This document shows, in pieces, positions 36,898-45,631 of a stretch of DNA of 64,000 nucleotides. Made by a program: the position numbers and the translations under genes. Location of the stretch: NCBI GenBank assembly GCA_045132235.1, contig JBGURX010000021.1:8604-72603 (forward strand). The letters run 5' to 3'. Position 1 is the first letter of the stretch. Every line of letters begins with the position of its first letter. Under the pieces are notes generated by a model. It saw nothing but the letters and a program-made list of their open reading frames with translations. It was not told where the DNA came from and made no database searches. Origin of the DNA: Bacteroidales bacterium (GTDB lineage Bacteria; Bacteroidota; Bacteroidia; Bacteroidales; WCHB1-69).

Positions 36898-38124
36898 TTA
36901 CTCAAACCGGATGGCATTCACCGGCGTGATGCGCTTCGAGACGAAGGTGGCGGGAATGAGCAGCACCAACAGACAGATGACCAGCAGCACCACGTTGACA
37001 GTAATCAGGAAAACCCAGTCGAAGGAGATGGGCACGAACGGCACATAGTAGGAGTGCTCGTCGAGTTTGATAAGATGGAAATATTTCTGTAATAAACAGA
37101 TACCGAACCCCACCACATTGCCGATGAGCATTCCCAACAGTATCATGCGCAGTCCCAGGCGGATGAACACCCCGCGCACGTCGGTGGTGGTCATGCCCAT
37201 GGTTTTGAGGATGCCGATGGTGGGCGTGCGCTCCAGAATGATGATGAAGCAGGTGGAAATAAGCGTGATCATGCAGACGAGGATGGTGATGGTGAGCAGC
37301 ACCATCACGTTGGTGTCGAACAGGTCGGTCCATTCGAAGATGGCGGGATAGAGCTGCTTGATGGTATGCGCCTGCAGGTCGTAGCCGATGTGCTGGTGCA
37401 CATACTCGCCCACCTCGTCGAGCTTGTCGTAGTCGTTAATCAGGATTTCCACGCAGCCCACCTGATTCGTCTCCCAGCCGTTGATTTTCTGCACATGACG
37501 GAGGTCGCCAATCACATAGTGGTCGTCGTACTCGGGCATGCCGGTGCTATAGATGCCGCTGACGCGGAAGGCGCGGTCGAATTTCTTGCCGTCGTTCCAG
37601 AAATAGCCAAACACCTTGTCGCCCACCTTCAGTTTCAGGCGGTCGGCGATGCTGCGCGACACCAATATGCCTTTGGTGACGGTGTCGCCCGCAAGTTCCA
37701 GTGGCTTTCCTTCAACCAGATTCCGTTGGAACGCCTTCCAGTCGAAGGAGGCATCAATGCCTTTCAGCACGATGCCTTCCACCTGCTCGTCGCTTTTGAG
37801 CACTCCGCACTTGGTGGCCGCATACTGGATGTGCGCCACGTCGGGATTGCCGTGCAGCTCCTTTAGCAGGGCGGCATCCTTTGTGATGGGATGCACGTCG
37901 TAGCTGGGGTTGTTTTCGTAGTAGGTGATGCGGATGTGCGAGCCCATGTCAATCACCTTCTGCTCAATCACTTGGCGGTAGCCTGTGGAGATGGAGACGG
38001 CGGCGATGATGATGATCAAACAGATCGCGATGCCCGCCACCGAGAGCCGCACGATGGGGCGTGTCTGGCTTCCCTGCGACGATTTCAGCAGGCGGCGCGA
38101 TAGCAACTGTTTGACGGATTGCAT
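36898..38124 (-). CDS. ABC transporter permease, FtsX/LolE-like
   Basis: N-terminal TM, a large periplasmic domain, then the FtsX 3-TM module (ILKTMGMTTTDVRGVF). Confidence 0.85.
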   Translation of the reverse strand: MQSVKQLLSRRLLKSSQGSQTRPIVRLSVAGIAICLIIIIAAVSISTGYRQVIEQKVIDMGSHIRITYYENNPSYDVHPITKDAALLKELHGNPDVAHIQYAATKCGVLKSDEQVEGIVLKGIDASFDWKAFQRNLVEGKPLELAGDTVTKGILVSRSIADRLKLKVGDKVFGYFWNDGKKFDRAFRVSGIYSTGMPEYDDHYVIGDLRHVQKINGWETNQVGCVEILINDYDKLDEVGEYVHQHIGYDLQAHTIKQLYPAIFEWTDLFDTNVMVLLTITILVCMITLISTCFIIILERTPTIGILKTMGMTTTDVRGVFIRLGLRMILLGMLIGNVVGFGICLLQKYFHLIKLDEHSYYVPFVPISFDWVFLITVNVVLLVICLLVLLIPATFVSKRITPVNAIRFE

Positions 38125-38129
38125 TTTAT

Positions 38130-38708
38130 TTAGAATTTATAATTCACTCCCACTTTGACTTCCATGATGGAATAAACGTTCAGTTCATCATAGACGGGAA
38201 ATAGGAAAAGTCCGTACATAGACCAGTGGTCGGTGATATCCTGCTTGTAGCCGGCACCCACGAGCACGCCGTTGGTGTTCTCGCGCCCGTCGGCACCGCC
38301 CGGGAAACTGAGCCATTCGTACTCGGCGTGCAGCACCAGCCGTTTCCAAATATAGCCCTCCACGAAGGCGCGCGCCCCGAAGATGTGCGTGAAATATTTG
38401 ATGCCGTCGTAGCTTTTGTAGTAGCTAAGATGGTAGGTGCCGCCGATGCCCACGCAGATGAAGTCGATGCCGGGACAGATGCCGAAATGGGGCGAAATCT
38501 GCATGTTGAGCTGCGAATAGCTGACACCGAAACCCACGTTACCGCCCACCACGAACTTCACCTTCCGTTCGGCAAGGGGACTGTTGTCGCGTGCCATGAG
38601 ACTTTTGGGCAGCGGCACATTCTCCACATCCGTCTGCGCTACCACATCGCCGGCGGTCAACACCAGCAGCAACAGGAGGCTGAAACAATAGCTTAGTTTT
38701 TTGTTCAT
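38130..38708 (-). CDS. Outer-membrane beta-barrel protein (small, porin-family-like)
   Basis: Start moved to MNKKLSY, after the upstream stop. Signal peptide, alternating beta pattern and a C-terminal ...VGVNYKF. Confidence 0.65.
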   Translation of the reverse strand: MNKKLSYCFSLLLLLVLTAGDVVAQTDVENVPLPKSLMARDNSPLAERKVKFVVGGNVGFGVSYSQLNMQISPHFGICPGIDFICVGIGGTYHLSYYKSYDGIKYFTHIFGARAFVEGYIWKRLVLHAEYEWLSFPGGADGRENTNGVLVGAGYKQDITDHWSMYGLFLFPVYDELNVYSIMEVKVGVNYKF

Positions 38709-38718
38709 TATCAATGGT

Positions 38719-39645
38719 TTACACAAATTTCCGTCTTACCAGATCACAGAGGGAGAGGTAGGCCGAGGAGTCAATGTCCCACGCGTAGTATTTTTTCAGC
38801 ATGTCGATGGTCTGGAAAGCCTCGTCGATATTTTCGCACATATTCAGTTTCTGGATGGCTTTGCCGAAGTCCTCGCCTTTGCCTTTGAAGAGTTCTTTGA
38901 TGTATAAGAATTTGTCGTTCAGTGAGATGGCTTTTGAAAGGTCGTCGATGTGGCCGTGTTGGAACTTGGAAGCCAGGGAGTTGTCCTCTTGTCCGAGCAG
39001 GTCGTTGAGCGAGCGTTTGGGTTGCGGGGCAGGGGCGGGTTCTTCGGCAAACAGCTGGGGCTCGGGACGGGGTGCCGGTGCCGGATGGGGTTCAGCCACG
39101 CGGACCGGTTCGGAAGCCGGTACCGGCTTGGGAGTCGGGGCGGGTTCGGGCTCCGCAGCAGGTTCTGCAACATCAAGGAAGGAGATGATATCGGGAATCG
39201 GTTCGGGAACGGGCTCCGGTTCTGTCACTTTAACGGGTTCGGGTTCTGCCACTCTGACCGGTTCAATGACCGGCTGAGGCTTGGCGACGGGAGCAGGTTG
39301 CGGTTCGGGCGCTGCCACTTTAACAGGTTCGGGTTGCACTTCGCGTACGGGTTCCGGAGCGGGTGTGGGTTGGGGAGCAACCATGCGGACCGGTTCCGGT
39401 TTCGGTTCAGTTTTGATTTCGCGTACAGGCTCCGGCTCGGGTTCTGCCACGGGGGCGGGTTCGGAAGTGGGAGCGGGCATGTCGGCACCCTGCAGCACGG
39501 CCATGTAGGCGTCGCGGAGCAGTTGCAGGGTCAGGTCGCGCTCAATAGGGGAGATGGGGAGATGGTTTTCGGCGATAAGTGCCAACTTATGAGCGATTTG
39601 CGCTAAATCCTCATAAAATTTTGCATTTTGTTCAAAATTATTCAT
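38719..39645 (-). CDS. Hypothetical protein with a long Pro/Glu/Val-rich repeat linker
   Basis: The central ~170 aa consist of PEPEPV(R/K)-type repeats. The N- and C-terminal domains are structured. Confidence 0.65.
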   Translation of the reverse strand: MNNFEQNAKFYEDLAQIAHKLALIAENHLPISPIERDLTLQLLRDAYMAVLQGADMPAPTSEPAPVAEPEPEPVREIKTEPKPEPVRMVAPQPTPAPEPVREVQPEPVKVAAPEPQPAPVAKPQPVIEPVRVAEPEPVKVTEPEPVPEPIPDIISFLDVAEPAAEPEPAPTPKPVPASEPVRVAEPHPAPAPRPEPQLFAEEPAPAPQPKRSLNDLLGQEDNSLASKFQHGHIDDLSKAISLNDKFLYIKELFKGKGEDFGKAIQKLNMCENIDEAFQTIDMLKKYYAWDIDSSAYLSLCDLVRRKFV

Positions 39646-39740
39646 GTTGAAAGTGGCTAATGGTATTAAAGTTTTTATAAATTTGCGTTCGCAAAAAAAG
39701 CGGCCAAAATTACAATTTTTTTTTCAATAATTTCATCAAA

Positions 39741-40340
39741 ATGTATAGGGAAACAAAAGTTAATCGCAATATCAACAGAGGTTGGATTGAAGTGGTGTGC
39801 GGGTCGATGTTTTCGGGAAAAACGGAGGAATTGCTGCGACGTATCAAGCGTGCGAACTTCGCCAACCAGAAAATCGAACTTTTCAAACCCGCCATTGATG
39901 TCCGCTACGATGAGGAGGAGGTGGTGTCGCACGACTCCAATTCCATGATTTCGACGCCAGTGCACAACTCGGCTGAAATTCTCCTGTACGTGAATATCGA
40001 AGAGGTGGAGGTGGTGGGCATCGACGAGGTGCAGTTTTTCGACGACGGCATTGTGGAAGTGTGTAATAAACTCGCTGACAGTGGAATACGAGTCATTGTG
40101 GCAGGTTTGGATATGGATTATTTGGGAAAGCCTTTCGCCTGTATGCCGAAACTGATGGCCATTGCCGAGTATGTGACCAAGACGCACGCCATCTGTGTGA
40201 AATGTGGTGAGCAGGCGCAGTTCTCGCACCGCTTGGTGGCCAACTCGCAGCAGGTGCTGCTGGGCGAAAAAGACAGCTACGAGCCGCTGTGCCGCCACTG
40301 TTACAACGAGGTGATGGAGGCAGAGAAGCGGGAACGCTAA
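39741..40340 (+). CDS. tdk: Thymidine kinase
   Basis: P-loop [12 protein letters not shown] and a C-terminal zinc ribbon C..C...C..C. Confidence 0.9.
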   Translation: MYRETKVNRNINRGWIEVVCGSMFSGKTEELLRRIKRANFANQKIELFKPAIDVRYDEEEVVSHDSNSMISTPVHNSAEILLYVNIEEVEVVGIDEVQFFDDGIVEVCNKLADSGIRVIVAGLDMDYLGKPFACMPKLMAIAEYVTKTHAICVKCGEQAQFSHRLVANSQQVLLGEKDSYEPLCRHCYNEVMEAEKRER

Positions 40341-40430
40341 AACATTTTCTTGTAAAATTTCACCAATTCAAAAAAATCTTGTATCTTTGCCGCGCAAATT
40401 GTGTATTATACCTAAATTAAAATACAAGCT

Positions 40431-40655
40431 ATGAAAAAATGCCTTGTAAGTGCCGCTATCCTGCTTTTCGCGGCCGTTCTGTTTTCCTCCTGCGAGAAAA
40501 ACTGCATGTGCAAAACCACCCGCGTCACCGCCACCACCAACGATTCCCGCACCGATGACATGGGCAAGATGACGGAAAAGAAGTGCCTTGAATACAACGG
40601 CACCGTCAACGATGGGGAAGGCGTGGTGCGCACCATCGATTGCCATCTGGACTAA
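40431..40655 (+). CDS. Small Cys-patterned lipoprotein (family member 1)
   Basis: Lipobox FSSC followed by EKNCMCK ... KKCLEY ... IDC. A TATCTTTG box lies upstream. Confidence 0.6.
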   Translation: MKKCLVSAAILLFAAVLFSSCEKNCMCKTTRVTATTNDSRTDDMGKMTEKKCLEYNGTVNDGEGVVRTIDCHLD

Positions 40656-40690
40656 CAAATTGTAAATTAAAAACTTAAATATTGTATAAC

Positions 40691-40984
40691 ATGAAAAAAA
40701 TTCTTTGTATTTGCTTTGCTTTGGCTTTCGTTGTTTCAATGATTTCATGCCAAAAAGAGTGTGTTTGCAAAAAGAGCGTCAGCCAGCTGGAGACCTCCGA
40801 CACCACCACCGTGGTGGACAGCACCACCACCACCACCACCGACAATTCCGCCACCATGGATTCCATCATGCTGAATGCCGGTCACATCTACGACAAGCGC
40901 GAGTGTGAATACCTGAACCTCGCCGACACCACCGTCAACACCGTGACCACGCTCACCTGCACGATGCAGAAGAAAGAGAAATAA
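40691..40984 (+). CDS. Small Cys-patterned lipoprotein (family member 2, Thr-rich insert)
   Basis: Start moved to MKKILC. Lipobox MISC followed by QKECVCK ... RECEY ... LTC. Confidence 0.6.
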   Translation: MKKILCICFALAFVVSMISCQKECVCKKSVSQLETSDTTTVVDSTTTTTTDNSATMDSIMLNAGHIYDKRECEYLNLADTTVNTVTTLTCTMQKKEK

Positions 40985-41042
40985 AATTCGCGAACCCGTA
41001 TAAAGGCCGTCTGCTTCAGATGGCCTTTTTTTTCATATTGCC

Positions 41043-41579
41043 ATGAGTGATTTCAAAGACCAGAGCGACATTCTGCGCTCCAAACCCGTGCTGGAGGTCT
41101 TCGCCATTGCCTCCGAATTCTGTATGTTTATCGACAGAATCGAGCAGGCCGAGCCTGACAAAGCCTTGACATTCCTGCAGAGCATCCTGCCCGCGCTCTA
41201 CCTCAAGGGGTCGATGCTGCCCGATGTGGAGGTGCAGGACGACTCCGCCAACGAGCGTTTCGTGACCGAGGAGGAGTACGAGACCCTGCGCTACCGCCTC
41301 GCCCGATACTTCGACACCCGCGACTACTTCTCCACCGTGGACCTCACCGACGGCAGCATCGAGTCGGTGCCCACCTCGCTGTCGGAACTGCTGGCCGACA
41401 TTTATACCGACTTGAAGGACTTCCTCATCCTGTACGCCAAGGAGAACCCCAGCGCGAAGGAGAACGCCGTGGCCGCCTGCCACTATTACTACCATGTGGG
41501 CTGGGGCAGTCGCATCGTCACCGCCCTCCCGCAGATCCACCATCTTGTGGCCGCTGCCACGCTTCCGGAAGAGGAGTAA
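41043..41579 (+). CDS. Hypothetical cytoplasmic protein (DUF5063-like, tentative)
   Basis: 178-aa helical protein. The family name is recalled only from its N-terminal pattern. Confidence 0.6.
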   Translation: MSDFKDQSDILRSKPVLEVFAIASEFCMFIDRIEQAEPDKALTFLQSILPALYLKGSMLPDVEVQDDSANERFVTEEEYETLRYRLARYFDTRDYFSTVDLTDGSIESVPTSLSELLADIYTDLKDFLILYAKENPSAKENAVAACHYYYHVGWGSRIVTALPQIHHLVAAATLPEEE

Positions 41580-41660
41580 CAATTTTCACTTTTTATTTCT
41601 CAATTTATTTCGTAACTTTGCCGCGTTATTCTCGAAAATCAATCATTAAAAATATTCATC

Positions 41661-42857
41661 ATGAAATCCATCGATTTGGCTCCTTTGAAAGGAAAGAAAG
41701 TACTGGTAAGAGTGGACTATAATGTTCCGCTGAACGAACAGTTAGAGGTGACCGACACCACCCGTATCGTGCGCACGGTCAACACGGTGAAGAAGATTCA
41801 GAACGAGGGCGGCATCGCCATCCTCATGTCGCATCTGGGCCGCCCGAAAGGCGTGGCCAGCGACAAGTTCTCGCTGAAACATATTGTGACCACGGCCAGC
41901 GAGGTGCTGGGCACCCCCGTCACCTTCCTCGGCGATGTGCTGGATGCTGATGTGGAGAAAAAGGTGGCCGAATTGAAACCCGGCGACGTTGCGCTGCTCG
42001 AGAACCTGCGCTTCCACAACGAGGAGGAGGCCGGCGACGAGAACTTCGCCCGCCAGATCGCCCGCCTCGGCGACCTGTATGTGAACGACGCTTTCGGCAC
42101 CGCCCACCGCGCACACGCCTCCACCGCTACCATCACGAAGTTTTTCCCCGGCCAGTGCTATGCCGGCTACCTGCTCTACGAAGAGGCCACCAACCTCGAC
42201 ATGGTGCTCAACAATGCCGGTCATCCTTTCACCGCCATCATCGGCGGCAGCAAGGTGTCGTCCAAACTCAAAATTATCACACATCTGCTCGAAAAGGTCG
42301 ATAACCTCATCATCGCCGGCGGCATGAGCTACACCTTCCTTCACGCCATGGGCGTCAAGATCGGCAACTCGTTGCTGGAAGAGGATATGATTCCCGTTGC
42401 CAAGGACATCATCAACCACGCGCACCTCAAGGGTGTGGACATCTACCTGCCCATCGACAATATCTGCGCCGACAAGTTCGACAATAACGCCAACCAATAC
42501 ATTACCACCCACAACGATATTCCCGAAGGGTGGGAAGGCATGGACATCGGTCCCCGCACCATCCGCAAGTTCGCGGCCATCATCAAGAATGCCAACACCA
42601 TTCTGTGGAACGGACCGGTGGGCGTTTATGAGTTCCCGAATTTCGAGAAGGGTACTCAGTCGGTGGCATTGTGCGTGGCTGTGGCCACCATGTCGGGCGC
42701 TTTCTCCCTCATCGGCGGCGGCGACTCCATTGCAGCGGTCAACAACTTCCACCTTGCCAACCAAGTCTCCTATATCAGCACCGGCGGCGGTGCCATGCTG
42801 GAGTATCTGGAAGGCCGCGAGCTTCCGGGCATCAAGGCACTCAACGAGGACAAGTAA
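41661..42857 (+). CDS. pgk: Phosphoglycerate kinase
   Basis: VRVDYNVPL, SHLGRPKG and GGGDS motifs. A TAACTTTG box lies upstream. Confidence 0.9.
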   Translation: MKSIDLAPLKGKKVLVRVDYNVPLNEQLEVTDTTRIVRTVNTVKKIQNEGGIAILMSHLGRPKGVASDKFSLKHIVTTASEVLGTPVTFLGDVLDADVEKKVAELKPGDVALLENLRFHNEEEAGDENFARQIARLGDLYVNDAFGTAHRAHASTATITKFFPGQCYAGYLLYEEATNLDMVLNNAGHPFTAIIGGSKVSSKLKIITHLLEKVDNLIIAGGMSYTFLHAMGVKIGNSLLEEDMIPVAKDIINHAHLKGVDIYLPIDNICADKFDNNANQYITTHNDIPEGWEGMDIGPRTIRKFAAIIKNANTILWNGPVGVYEFPNFEKGTQSVALCVAVATMSGAFSLIGGGDSIAAVNNFHLANQVSYISTGGGAMLEYLEGRELPGIKALNEDK

Positions 42858-42893
42858 TTCCCCTTTATATCATTATTCATCTTAATTCAAAAA

Positions 42894-43229
42894 ATGGAAA
42901 ACGAAAACAACACCCTGACTGAACAGCCGCAGTACATTAATCCCGCTCCAGCGCCGGCCCCCAATTTCCTCCCGGTGGCCATCGTAGCCGTTGCGCTTGC
43001 AGCCATTCCTTTTGCAGGCATTGCCTCCATCATTTTGGGTGCAAAAAACAAAAAGAAAATCAAAAACTACCTTGCCGAAGGCGGTCCTAAAACAGCTATG
43101 GTAAAGGTCAGCTCTATTCTGAGCACGGTCGGCCTCTGGTTTGGCTTGGGTATGACCATTTATTGGACTATCTATTTCTCTGTGATTGCAATAGCTGCGA
43201 TCTCTTCAGCAGCTGTGGCTTCGTTTTAG
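42894..43229 (+). CDS. Small membrane protein (DUF4190-like, tentative)
   Basis: Pro-rich N-terminus followed by two or three TM helices. Confidence 0.55.
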   Translation: MENENNTLTEQPQYINPAPAPAPNFLPVAIVAVALAAIPFAGIASIILGAKNKKKIKNYLAEGGPKTAMVKVSSILSTVGLWFGLGMTIYWTIYFSVIAIAAISSAAVASF

Positions 43230-43252
43230 TATCAGCGTAATAGATTGTTGAG

Positions 43253-44686
43253 TCAGGAGTTTTTCTCCTGCTCACGATGTCGCAACACCACATTCACCTG
43301 CGGGTATTTGGCTCGCAGGTGGTCGGCAACGCTCTGCGCGAAATACACCGACCGGTGCTGTCCACCCGTGCAGCCGCAGCTGACACACAGGTGCGAGAAC
43401 TGCCGCTCCAAGTAGTTGTCCACGCTCATGTCCACGATAGCGAACAGATGCTGCTTGAAAGTCTCCACCTCGGGATAGCGCTCCAAGTAGTCGATCACGC
43501 ACTGGTCGCGGCCGGTGAAGGTGCGATAGGCTTTCTCGCGTCCCGGGTTGGGCAGTGCGCGGCAGTCGAACACGAACCCGCCGCCATTGTCCGACTCATC
43601 CTCTGGAATACCTTTCTTGAACGAGAAGCTGCTCACCACTACGGTCAGTTTTCCATCCTCTCTCTTTTCGGGAGTCCATCGCCGTGCCGTGATGGCTTTC
43701 ATCACCTTCTCCAATTCCGGAACATTTATTGCAATCTTTTTATTTTCAATTAAATAGCGAAGATTTTCCACCGCTGGCGGGATGCTTTGCAGGAAATGGC
43801 TTTTCCGCTCGAAGTAGCCGCGATAGCCGTAGGCTCCCAGCACCTGCAACGCCCGGATCAGCACAAAGCCGTAATAGCGCTGCCGGAAATCCTTTGCGTC
43901 AACAGGCAGCTGTTTTTGCAGCTCCTGCAAGTAGTAATCCAACAGCTCCTCGCGCAGCTGCTCCGACAGTCCCGCCCGCGCCTGAACCAACAGCGAGGCG
44001 ACGTCATACTGCAATGCGCCTTTTCTTCCTCCTTGATAATCAATAAAATAGACATCTTCGTCTTTAATCATGATGTTCCTCGACTGGAAATCACGGAACA
44101 GGAAAAAGTCGGAGGGGGTCTCCTCAAGGTAGTCCATCAGCGTCTGAAAGTCGTTTTCCAGCAGCTGTTCGTCGAAAGGGATGTAGGTCAGTTTGAGGAA
44201 GAAATATTTGAAATAGTTGAGGTCCCACTGCATCGACTGTCGGTCGAAGGCTTCGCGGGGGTAGCACACCGAGAAGTCGAAATCTTTGCGGCCGCAAAGC
44301 TGTATGCGCACCAGCTCGTGCAGCGCCGCCTTGAAGTAGTCCACCACGTCGCTGGGCAGTTCGCCGCCGCACTCTTTCCGCCGCTTTTCCAAGTAGCTGA
44401 ACAGGGTCTCGTCGCCGAGGTCGGAGAGCAGATAGTACTGCCGGTCGTCGCTCACCGTCAGGAGTTTAGGCACGTTGATGCCTTCGCGGTAGAAGAAGTC
44501 GGTGAAGGTGAAGAAGGCCTCGTTCTCTTTCACGTCGTCGTTGAACACGCCCATCAGGGTGGTGCCGTCGGCGAGGAAGAGGCGGGTGTAGATGCGGTGC
44601 GAGCCGGACTGTGCGATGCGGCTGCTTTTAGTGACCGCCGCGGAGGTGTAGGTGGCGGCAAGGGTAATTAATTGATTGATTTCCAT
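43253..44686 (-). CDS. Fusion protein: aminoglycoside-phosphotransferase-like (APH/AmgK-like) kinase domain plus RapZ C-terminal domain
   Basis: Start moved to MEINQLITL. The kinase-like core is FRDFQSRNIMI and FIDYQG. The C-terminal half carries SSFSFKKGIP, FDCRALPNPG and CGCTGGQHRSV, a strong RapZ-C signature. Confidence 0.75.
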   Translation of the reverse strand: MEINQLITLAATYTSAAVTKSSRIAQSGSHRIYTRLFLADGTTLMGVFNDDVKENEAFFTFTDFFYREGINVPKLLTVSDDRQYYLLSDLGDETLFSYLEKRRKECGGELPSDVVDYFKAALHELVRIQLCGRKDFDFSVCYPREAFDRQSMQWDLNYFKYFFLKLTYIPFDEQLLENDFQTLMDYLEETPSDFFLFRDFQSRNIMIKDEDVYFIDYQGGRKGALQYDVASLLVQARAGLSEQLREELLDYYLQELQKQLPVDAKDFRQRYYGFVLIRALQVLGAYGYRGYFERKSHFLQSIPPAVENLRYLIENKKIAINVPELEKVMKAITARRWTPEKREDGKLTVVVSSFSFKKGIPEDESDNGGGFVFDCRALPNPGREKAYRTFTGRDQCVIDYLERYPEVETFKQHLFAIVDMSVDNYLERQFSHLCVSCGCTGGQHRSVYFAQSVADHLRAKYPQVNVVLRHREQEKNS

Positions 44687-44866
44687 TTTATTTTTGAAAG
44701 GAAGATAGGGGAACGAGACCTGTGGATTGAGCTGTTCCCCATAGATTCGTATGGTTGTTGCTTCTTGCCTGCAAAAGTACGATTTTTTCCAATAATTTTT
44801 GTATCTTTGCTGCCAAAATGTTGTGATAGACGAGAAAATCATATCATTAAAGATTCTCTATAACCC

Positions 44867-45493
44867 ATGTTGCAACCAGCACCCTTCATCGGTATTATAC
44901 GGCATCGCATCGGCATTGATGGCGACGGGGTGACCACTTTGGCGGCCTTCCACGGCTGTCCGCTGCACTGCCGCTACTGTCTGAACCCGTCCTGTCTCGG
45001 TTCGGCGGAACGGTTGCGCTGTCTGACGCCGGAGCAGCTTTACGAGGAGGTGCGCATCGACCAGCTGTACTTTCTGGCCACCGGTGGCGGGGTTTGTTTC
45101 GGCGGTGGCGAGCCGCTGCTGCGCCCCGACTACCTCATCCGTTTCCGCGAGTTGTGCGGCTCCGACTGGCAGCTCACCCTTGAAACCTCCCTCAACGTGC
45201 CGGAGGAGAACCTGCAGGCGGTGCTGCCTCATGTGAATGCCTTCATCGTGGATATCAAGGACCTGCATCCCGACATTTACCAGCAGTACACCGGCCAGCC
45301 GATCACCCGACTCCTGCGGAATTTGGAACACCTTGCGGGCCACTTCCCCACCCAGCAGGTGGTGGTGCGCGTGCCGCTCATCCCCGACTACAACACCGAC
45401 GACGACCGGGCGTGGAGCGTGGAGCAGCTGCAAGCCCACGGCTTTGAGCGTTTCGACAAGTTCACGTACCGCACGGAGGGAAACCGCCAGTAG
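44867..45493 (+). CDS. Radical SAM protein, glycyl-radical-enzyme-activase-like (208 aa)
   Basis: GIDGDGVTTLAAFHGCPLHCRYCLNP contains the CxxxCxxC cluster in a PflA/NrdG-like context. GGGEPLL is also present. Confidence 0.8.
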   Translation: MLQPAPFIGIIRHRIGIDGDGVTTLAAFHGCPLHCRYCLNPSCLGSAERLRCLTPEQLYEEVRIDQLYFLATGGGVCFGGGEPLLRPDYLIRFRELCGSDWQLTLETSLNVPEENLQAVLPHVNAFIVDIKDLHPDIYQQYTGQPITRLLRNLEHLAGHFPTQQVVVRVPLIPDYNTDDDRAWSVEQLQAHGFERFDKFTYRTEGNRQ

Positions 45494-45631
45494 GGGCGCG
45501 AAGCGGCCACTCAATATTTATTTCGCTGAATAATTTATATAATTCGCTGAAAAATAAATTGCGAAAACTATCGTTATTTCTATACCACCTCCTTCAAAAC
45601 CAACTTTTTACAAAAAAAATCCCCCGCCATT

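Noticed and set aside
38950-39500. Regular short-period repeats that could superficially suggest a CRISPR or other non-coding array.
   Set aside because: The period (~18-24 nt) and continuous open reading frame show this is a proline-rich coding repeat. There are no repeat-spacer units of CRISPR size and no cas genes.
45494-45631. Direct repeat TTCGCTGAA(T/A)AAT present twice (about 45522-45560) upstream of A1, as a possible operator.
   Set aside because: It is short, AT-rich and imperfect, and lies in an AT-rich spacer. Without a recognisable promoter box or conservation data, I cannot support it as a regulatory site.
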